From: a candidate division WOR-3 bacterium
GTDB taxonomy: Bacteria > Hydrothermota > 32-111
Assembly (NCBI GenBank): GCA_030592285.1
Contig: JAUVJU010000001.1
Span: 1-60,713 of the forward strand
DNA length: 60,713 nt
Direction: 5' to 3'
Shown piece by piece: positions 12,159-19,067 of this stretch. Position numbers and translations under genes: made by a program. Under the pieces are notes generated by a model, which searched no databases, was not told where the DNA came from, and saw only the letters and a list, made by a program, of their open reading frames with translations. Positions within the stretch are counted from its first letter, which is position 1. Each line of letters opens with the position of its first letter.

Positions 12159-13716
12159 ATTCCCCCCATTTTGATTTTAATACATTAGTAATCTCACCAA
12201 GTGTTACACCATTTTCAACTGCATCAAGAACTGTTTCAAATAAATTTTCATCTGTTTCAGATAATGTTTCAATCTTTTTAAGTAATTTATTTACTTTTTT
12301 ACTATCTCTCTCATCCTTGAATTTTTTTAATTTCTCTAATCTATTCTTTCCTATATTTTCATCTATCTTCATTCTTTTTGGTTTACTTGTTTCATCTGTT
12401 TTGAATTTATTTAAACCAATAATGATATTTTCATTATTCTCAACATCTTTCTGATACTGATATGCAGCATTTTCAATTTCGGTTTTGAAATATCCATTTT
12501 CTACGCATGCAACTGCACCTCCCATATCTTTTATTTTTTCTAAATATTCAAATACCCGTTTTTCAATCTCATTTGTAAGATTTTCAATATAGTATGAGCC
12601 TCCAAGTGGATCAGTTACATCACTAATGCCACTTTCATAGGCAATTATCTGTTGGGTTCTAAGTGCAATATTAACAGATTCTTCTGAAGGGAGAGATAAT
12701 GCTTCATCATATGAATTGGTGTGAAGGGATTGTGTCCCTCCAAGAGCAGCCGATAATGCCTGTAAGGCAACTCTTACAATGTTATTTCTTGGCTGCTGTG
12801 CGGTTAGCATAGAACCAGCGGTTTGAGTATGAAATCTTAATTTCATACTTTTTTCACTTTTTGCATTAAATTGTTCTTTTACAATTTTTGCCCAGATGCG
12901 TCTTGCTGCACGAAATTTAGCAATTTCTTCAAAGAAATTATTATGTGCATTAAAAAAGAAAGATAATCGCGGTGCGAACTTATCAATATCCAATCCCTTT
13001 TTTACAGCATATTCCGTATATGCAATAGCATCAGCAAATGTAAAAGCTAATTCCTGAACAGCGGTTGATCCTGCTTCTCTTATATGATATCCTGAAATAG
13101 ATATTGTATTCCATTTTGGGAGATTGTTTGAACAATACTCAAATATATCAGCAGTAAGCCGCATTGATGGTTCAGGTGGAAAAACATAATTGCCTCTTGC
13201 AATATATTCTTTTAAAATATCATTCTGCACTGTTCCGGATAATTTGGAAATATCTGCTCCCTGTCTCTTTGCAACTGCTACATACATAGCAAGTATGACA
13301 ATTGTTGGAGCATTAATTGTCATTGATGTGGATACCTTATCAAGAGGTATCCCATTAAAAAGTTCTTCCATATCCTTAATTGTTGATATTGCAACACCAA
13401 CCTTTCCCACTTCACCATATGCCAATGTATCATCGCTATCAAGTCCTAATTGAGTTGGGAGATCAAATGCAACAGAAAGTCCTGTTTGACCATTTTTAAG
13501 TAGATATTTAAATCGTTCATTGGTTTCCTTTGCACTGCCAAAACCGGCATACTGTCTCATTGTCCAATGCCTTGTTCTATACATTGTTGGATAAACACCT
13601 CTTACAAAGGGAAATTTACCAGGTTCTCCAATATTATTCTGCTTTTCAATATCATTTTCATCATAAAAAATCTTTAATTCTATACCTGATGGATTAATCT
13701 TTTTTTCATCAGCCAA
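12145..13716 (-). CDS. methylmalonyl-CoA mutase, catalytic (N-terminal) subunit without a B12-binding domain
   Basis: Motifs FVRGVYPTMYRTRHWTMRQYAGFG and GQTGLSVAFDLPTQLG. TTG start preceded by GGAAGG. Confidence 0.88.
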   Translation of the reverse strand: MADEKKINPSGIELKIFYDENDIEKQNNIGEPGKFPFVRGVYPTMYRTRHWTMRQYAGFGSAKETNERFKYLLKNGQTGLSVAFDLPTQLGLDSDDTLAYGEVGKVGVAISTIKDMEELFNGIPLDKVSTSMTINAPTIVILAMYVAVAKRQGADISKLSGTVQNDILKEYIARGNYVFPPEPSMRLTADIFEYCSNNLPKWNTISISGYHIREAGSTAVQELAFTFADAIAYTEYAVKKGLDIDKFAPRLSFFFNAHNNFFEEIAKFRAARRIWAKIVKEQFNAKSEKSMKLRFHTQTAGSMLTAQQPRNNIVRVALQALSAALGGTQSLHTNSYDEALSLPSEESVNIALRTQQIIAYESGISDVTDPLGGSYYIENLTNEIEKRVFEYLEKIKDMGGAVACVENGYFKTEIENAAYQYQKDVENNENIIIGLNKFKTDETSKPKRMKIDENIGKNRLEKLKKFKDERDSKKVNKLLKKIETLSETDENLFETVLDAVENGVTLGEITNVLKSKWGEFDND

Positions 13717-13748
13717 AATACCTTCCTTATTAATATATTTAGTTTTTT

Positions 13749-13777
13749 ATTTTATAATTTTATTATCTTAATGTCAA
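13749..13777 (-). promoter_or_regulatory. candidate promoter for the mcm operon (TTGACA-17-TAAAAT)
   Basis: The minus strand reads TTGACA (13777-13772), a 17-nt spacer, then TAAAAT (13754-13749). Confidence 0.45.
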
Positions 13778-14070
13778 TAGAATTATTGATTTTTGTTTTA
13801 AAATGGAAAAGAAAAGAATATATAATCATGATGTAAAGACTCACACAATTACTCTGAATATATCTTTTCTGCGGAGAAAGACCCTTCGATTAACTCAGGG
13901 CAGGACAAGAAAAAAGAGCAATATATCCCTCAAATTATTTTTAACAAAAGCGGACGAAGACAACCAATATAATCAATATATTCTTCAAATTATTCAGAAT
14001 CAACATATTCCTCAGATTATTCGGAATATGCAACTGCGAATAATAATTTTTATCAATGTATTTCTTGTAA

Positions 14071-14090
14071 GGGCATGGCGTGACATGCCC
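14071..14090. repeat. GC-rich REP-like hairpin (GGGCATG-GCGTGA-CATGCCC)
   Basis: Perfect 7-bp stem, GC-rich against an AT-rich background, 7 nt away from a second hairpin. Confidence 0.7.
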
Positions 14091-14097
14091 TAATAAT

Positions 14098-14123
14098 GGG
14101 CGAACACGCAGGTTCGCCCCTAC
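14098..14123 (-). repeat. REP-like element: GTAG + GGGCGAAC-loop-GTTCGCCC hairpin (minus-strand reading)
   Basis: The minus strand reads GTAG GGGCGAAC CTGCGT GTTCGCCC: an 8-bp perfect stem and a 6-nt loop. Confidence 0.7.
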
Positions 14124-14203
14124 ATTTATTTGGTTGTGTGAGGTAGCATGCCATAGGCATGCCAGGAAAAGATAGTATTTAAAATCAAAATCACAAATTA
14201 ATT

Positions 14204-15538
14204 TTAAAGCATCTCCGCAATCATTTCACTTAATGTAGGGTGTATGTGAACAGTGTTTATAATTGCATCTATTTTACATTTATTATATATTAATGGTAGA
14301 ACTTCATGTATAATCAAATCACTTTCCTTTCCGGATACTGTAATACCAAGAATCTGCTTATCTTTACTAATAATCATTTTAACAAAGCCCATTCTTGCAC
14401 CATAGGCAGCAGCTCTGCCATTATGGGCATAAGAGAATTCCTTTACATTATAATCCTTTCCTCTTTCTATACATATTTCCTCTGTTAAACCTGCATGTGA
14501 CACCGGAGGAACTGTAAAAATCGCATATGGAATATTTGTATAATCTTTATCATAACCATTCCCAATAATATCATTCTTAATGATCATTGCATCATAATAT
14601 GCTTTATGTGCAAGCATTGGGCCGGTTGTTACATCCCCTGCTGCATATATATTATTAATATTAGTTCTATTTCTTTTATCGGTTATTATAAATCCATTAT
14701 TATCCATTTTAATACCAATTTCCTTTATTGATTTATGTATGATAGGATATCTTCCTGTTGCAACAAGAATTTTATCGGATTTAATTTCCTCACCTGATTC
14801 TAATATAATTTTTCGACCTTTTTCATCTGCTTTAATCACACTTTTATTAAGCATTACATTTATACCTGATAATTTTAATGTTTTTTCAACTGAAGATGAC
14901 ACAACACTATTATTTAATGTTGGTAAAACACTATTTAAATATTCAATAATTGTTACCTTGCTACCCAAATTTGAAAAGATAAATGCCAGTTCAATACCAA
15001 TAACACCGGCACCAATAACAGAAAGATTTTCAGGTATAGAATTAAGAGACAGCATATCCTTTGAATTAAGAATAAACTCCCCATCCCTTTTTACTGCTTT
15101 AATATCCTTATCCAATGAACCTGTTGCAATAATAATATGATCTGCTTCAAATGTTTTATTATTCACTTTAATAGTATATTCATTTACAAATTCCGCAATA
15201 CCATTAATAATTGCAATTCCCGCACTATTTAATGTTTTAAGTAATCCCATATTAAGCATTTTAACTGTTCTATCTTTTCTTGCAAGAATTTTGTTCATAT
15301 CCGGCTTAATAGTATAATCAATATCAAGTCCCAGTTTACCGGCATTCTTTATATGTTCAATTGTTTCAATAACTGCAATATATGCTTTGGTTGGTATACA
15401 TCCATAATTAAGGCATACACCTCCAATTGATTGTTCCTTTTCAATTATTAATACCTGTTTCCCTGCATTTGCTAATAATTCTGCTGATCTGTATCCACCA
15501 CTGCCTCCGCCAATTATTATTATATCATATTTAAGCAT
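14204..15538 (-). CDS. lpdA: dihydrolipoyl dehydrogenase
   Basis: Motifs IIIIGGGSGGY, redox centre GGVCLNYGCIPTK and HIHPTLSE. I place the start at ATG 15538, preceded by AGGAGG (the ORF track extends to 15589). Confidence 0.88.
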   Translation of the reverse strand: MLKYDIIIIGGGSGGYRSAELLANAGKQVLIIEKEQSIGGVCLNYGCIPTKAYIAVIETIEHIKNAGKLGLDIDYTIKPDMNKILARKDRTVKMLNMGLLKTLNSAGIAIINGIAEFVNEYTIKVNNKTFEADHIIIATGSLDKDIKAVKRDGEFILNSKDMLSLNSIPENLSVIGAGVIGIELAFIFSNLGSKVTIIEYLNSVLPTLNNSVVSSSVEKTLKLSGINVMLNKSVIKADEKGRKIILESGEEIKSDKILVATGRYPIIHKSIKEIGIKMDNNGFIITDKRNRTNINNIYAAGDVTTGPMLAHKAYYDAMIIKNDIIGNGYDKDYTNIPYAIFTVPPVSHAGLTEEICIERGKDYNVKEFSYAHNGRAAAYGARMGFVKMIISKDKQILGITVSGKESDLIIHEVLPLIYNKCKIDAIINTVHIHPTLSEMIAEML

Positions 15539-15661
15539 TAAATGCCTCCTATTTGATTTCAATGTATCATATTTTAAATGTAAAATCAATACTATATTAT
15601 GTGCAATTATTGCATATTTGCATTTTCATTAAAGCGATTTATATAACTTTTTTTGGCATAA

Positions 15662-17671
15662 GTGATACAATATATGGTATTTAATAGAAAAAATGATAAT
15701 AACACTATCACCAATTTTGGTAATGACAATGGTGTTGCTAATCCGGATGAAATGTTTGACCTTACTATTGCACTTTTAAATGTTGGCAGTAATGCCAATA
15801 CAGTTACATGTGTGTTGACAAGGACTAATGGTAAATCAACTGTTTCTAATGCTAATGGTGCATGGGGAACCATCAATACAAATGCTGCTGTTGAAAATAC
15901 AGGAAATGCATTTAGGGTAAAACTTAATTCTGGTTTTGAAGCAGGAGAATATGTTAGATTTAATCTTGCTGTTAGCTCAAGCAATGGAAATAATAATGTA
16001 GAAATTGCATTATTAATAAATAATGTTAATATTGTTCAGCATTTTAATCTTGGTGACATCAGCGGTGATCTGGTTGACCCATTAGGACTTGATGTTCTTT
16101 ATTATCCTGCATTTGGATGGCTTATGTTTGCTTCAGGAACAGGATTTGGTAATGCATTAGGACAGACAGGAGCAAATAGATTGTATATGTTTAACCTGGC
16201 AACAATGGGTACAGATCTATTGGATTTCATGGGTATTGTTGGAACCTCTTATATAGTTGGACTTTACCATGATAATACTAATAATTATATATGGTATGCA
16301 AATAGCGATCAATGTTACTGTTTTGATATATCAGCTGGACTTTCAGGTGCAGTAGAAATTGGTCATATGACATGGCATAATACTACATGGGGCGGCACAC
16401 CAATGAAAAGAGTAAGAGGTCTTACATTTAATAATGTTGATTCACTTTATGCTTATTGGCAGGTTTATGATACCTCATTTGTTGAATCATTATTTGGCGA
16501 AACCAAGAATCTTGGTGGAACTGCCTCAGAATTTGCAGGTTGGCTCCTTAATGATGGTGAAAGTTATGGTGGACATTGGAATAATGGCAGAGGGCTTGAA
16601 TGGGATGGGACATGCTTCTGGACAATAAATATCTATATTCCTACGCTATACAGAAGAGACCCTGTTACATTTGAATATTTCTACAAAACACTAATTCCAT
16701 CTGTATTTGATTCTTATCCATCCTATGATATTGCATGGTCAGCAGAAGGTCCTATCGGTATTGATGATATTACTCCATTTAAACCTGGTAATAGATACTA
16801 TATGTGGACAGTGAATATGGATAATGCTGATGTTTATAAATTGGAAGTAACAAGTGCTGTCTTACCTACTGCTGTTGAACTTGATATTGTAGCATCTACA
16901 GCCAGCGGCTCGCAGACAGATCTTGTATGGCATCCAAATATTACTCCTGAAATGGTAAGTCATTATATTGTTTATAGATCAACTAATCCCAATTTCTATG
17001 CTTCTAATACTAACTCCATTGGCATAACAATTGATACAACATATACTGATTATCCGCCAATTAGTAAAGCAGATATTTTCTATTATTCAATAAGAGCAGT
17101 TAATTATCATGGTTATTCTGAAAACACATCTTTTGATGTCTTTGAATCCGATTTTGGAACTGCAATGAAAACAATTAATATGAATGCAATACAGATTGAT
17201 AATAATGTTGTATTAAGCTGGAGACCTGAAAATATTGAAGGCATTAAATGGAATATTTTGAGAAAGAGCAAAACCGATGCTGAATATAAAACAATTGGTT
17301 CTATTAATATAAATAAGGAATTCCTTGTTAATGAGTTTAAATATGTAGATGAATCCATTACAGATAATGGTATCTATAATTATAAACTTGAACTTGTAAC
17401 AAGTACTGGTAATAAGATACAGTTTAATGAGATATCATGCAAACATTTCAATGAACTTGTATTTGGTATTAAACCTATTGGCAAGAATCCTGTTAAGGGA
17501 GATATTGTACTTAATTATGGTATTGATAGAGATGGAGACATTTTACTCAATATTTATAATATTACAGGTGCTCTTGTTAATTTATTGTTGCAATCTTTTC
17601 CAATCTATTCATTGAATGTATTTCCAAAAATCCCTTTCTTATATTATTATTCTCTTCAATCCTTATATTAA
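15662..17671 (+). CDS. cell-surface protein fragment with FN3-like modules and a truncated T9SS-type tail (possible pseudogene)
   Basis: No signal peptide; the ORF opens (GTG, directly after a TAA) in the middle of a CARDB-like module. FN3-like DLVWHPN...YYSIRAVNYHGYSE. The tail starts NPVKGDIVLNYG..LLNIYNITGALV and then runs into the convergent rng gene. Confidence 0.5.
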   Translation: MIQYMVFNRKNDNNTITNFGNDNGVANPDEMFDLTIALLNVGSNANTVTCVLTRTNGKSTVSNANGAWGTINTNAAVENTGNAFRVKLNSGFEAGEYVRFNLAVSSSNGNNNVEIALLINNVNIVQHFNLGDISGDLVDPLGLDVLYYPAFGWLMFASGTGFGNALGQTGANRLYMFNLATMGTDLLDFMGIVGTSYIVGLYHDNTNNYIWYANSDQCYCFDISAGLSGAVEIGHMTWHNTTWGGTPMKRVRGLTFNNVDSLYAYWQVYDTSFVESLFGETKNLGGTASEFAGWLLNDGESYGGHWNNGRGLEWDGTCFWTINIYIPTLYRRDPVTFEYFYKTLIPSVFDSYPSYDIAWSAEGPIGIDDITPFKPGNRYYMWTVNMDNADVYKLEVTSAVLPTAVELDIVASTASGSQTDLVWHPNITPEMVSHYIVYRSTNPNFYASNTNSIGITIDTTYTDYPPISKADIFYYSIRAVNYHGYSENTSFDVFESDFGTAMKTINMNAIQIDNNVVLSWRPENIEGIKWNILRKSKTDAEYKTIGSININKEFLVNEFKYVDESITDNGIYNYKLELVTSTGNKIQFNEISCKHFNELVFGIKPIGKNPVKGDIVLNYGIDRDGDILLNIYNITGALVNLLLQSFPIYSLNVFPKIPFLYYYSLQSLY

Positions 17672-19067
17672 CCTGCCAGTCCTTCATTATATCTATAAGA
17701 TAATTATTGAGATTATTCTTTATTTCATTAATAATATCTGTTGATGCATTTACAATAAGTGTATCTTTCCTGAAGTTCTTACCATTATCCTTTACCCATC
17801 TCAAAAATTTTAAAGCAGTATATACAGGTTTTGGTGTATATCCCCTACTCTTACAATGTTCACATTCTTCAACAAAATGATCAACCATTGATGGACCTAC
17901 CCGTTTCCTTGTCATTTCAACAAGTCCAAATCTTGAAATTCTCTGTACCTTTGTGGTTGAGCGATCACTTTTCAAATGTTTTTTAAATTCACTAACAACC
18001 TTTCTTCTACTGAACTCATCCTTCATATCAATGAAATCAATTACAATAATACCGCCAATATCCCTTAGACGCAATTGTTTGGCAATTTCTTCTGCTGCCA
18101 TTAAATTAATAGTTGTAATTAGATTGTTTTTGTCCGCACTTTTAGACATTCTCCCGCTATTTACATCAATAGTTGTAAGTGCTTCTGTCTGCTCAATAAT
18201 GATATATGCACCATGCTTCAAATACACATTGGGATTAAACATCTGCTCCATTTCCTTGTCAATATCATAATATGAAAGCATTGGAACAGCAAATTGATAT
18301 AATTGAACCTTTTTTTTCATGCGTGGACTCACAAGAGAAAAATATCTCATTATATCATTATAGATATCCTTTGAATCAATAATAATCTCATCCAAACCCT
18401 TTTTCAAAATATCTCTAACTGTTTTAATAATAAAACTGCTCTCCTTATAAAGAAGTGCCGGGGTTTCAATCTTATCTGTTTTCTTGATAATATGTTTCCA
18501 CATATTAACCAATTCCTTATATTCTTTCTTTATTCTTGGTTTACTTGCATCATAGGCGGCTGTTCTGATTATGACGCCCATATCCTGCTCAATGAATTTG
18601 TACATATACTGCTTTATCTCAGATCTGAATTTCCTATCCATGACCTTTTTAGATACACCTACAAAATGAATGTCCGGCATAAATACCATGAAATTACCGG
18701 GTATTGTTATATATGATGTGAGACGAGCTCCCTTTGTACTTATTTCATTTCTTTCAACCTGAACAAGTATTTCATCATCAACATGAACAACTCTCTCTGA
18801 CTGAACTTCTTCTTCAAATTCATTTCCCAAATTAAAACTGATTTTACCATCAGCACTATTTAATGGTAAAAATCCCTTCTTTTTTTCTCCATAATCAACA
18901 AATGCAGCATTAAGACCCGCCGATATGGCAATAACCTTTGCTTTATAAATATTACCTACAATGGATTGATTCTTATCATTCTCCACCATAATCTCAACAA
19001 GGTTTCCATTGCTTCTATATGCAATAATAATATCATTGTGTAATCTTGTTATATACAATGAATTCAT
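17577..19067 (-). CDS. rng: ribonuclease G/E family protein
   Basis: N-terminal S1 domain (GNIYKAKVIAISAGLNAAFVDYG), TTIDVNSG and RISRFGLVEMTRKR. Confidence 0.88.
   Translation of the reverse strand: MNSLYITRLHNDIIIAYRSNGNLVEIMVENDKNQSIVGNIYKAKVIAISAGLNAAFVDYGEKKKGFLPLNSADGKISFNLGNEFEEEVQSERVVHVDDEILVQVERNEISTKGARLTSYITIPGNFMVFMPDIHFVGVSKKVMDRKFRSEIKQYMYKFIEQDMGVIIRTAAYDASKPRIKKEYKELVNMWKHIIKKTDKIETPALLYKESSFIIKTVRDILKKGLDEIIIDSKDIYNDIMRYFSLVSPRMKKKVQLYQFAVPMLSYYDIDKEMEQMFNPNVYLKHGAYIIIEQTEALTTIDVNSGRMSKSADKNNLITTINLMAAEEIAKQLRLRDIGGIIVIDFIDMKDEFSRRKVVSEFKKHLKSDRSTTKVQRISRFGLVEMTRKRVGPSMVDHFVEECEHCKSRGYTPKPVYTALKFLRWVKDNGKNFRKDTLIVNASTDIINEIKNNLNNYLIDIMKDWQVNIRIEENNNIRKGFLEIHSMNRLEKIATIN

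Larger units (their letters stand above)
13852..14168. repeat. mosaic intergenic repeat island 1 (modules M1-M4; carries two nested GC-rich hairpins)
   Basis: Shares a 33-mer (13880-13912 = 40793-40825), a 46-mer (14123-14168 vs 40931-40976, 2 differences) and ATTCY-loop-RGAAT hairpins with the islands at 36.2 kb and 40.8 kb. Confidence 0.85.

Noticed and set aside
13803-14093. ORFs inside the repeat islands (13803..14093, 36358..36678, 40751..40954, 57706..58041, 57814..58002, 23737..24222).
   Set aside because: They read straight through the dispersed repeat modules and GC-rich hairpins. They have no RBS and no family motifs, and the homologous islands do not preserve any reading frame (there are 23-nt and other non-triplet indels).
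15539-15589. N-terminal extensions in the ORF track: lpdA to 15589, the beta-barrel gene to 28733, trkH to 52288 and the RAYT gene from 5925.
   Set aside because: In each case an internal start gives the canonical N-terminus (the Rossmann GGGSGG motif, a signal peptide, or the YHV motif). For lpdA, the beta-barrel gene and the RAYT gene that start is preceded by AGGAGG-like sequence. For trkH the internal ATG removes an implausible overlap with lon.
15609-15625. The 17-nt identical string ATTGCATATTTGCATTT upstream of lpdA and again at 59735-59751, considered as a shared operator or sigma-54-type element.
   Set aside because: There is no GG/GC spacing like a -24/-12 promoter. A rough composition-based estimate suggests that a few exact 17-mers are expected by chance in 60 kb of DNA this AT-rich. 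Distances to the downstream starts also differ (about 75 versus about 230 nt).
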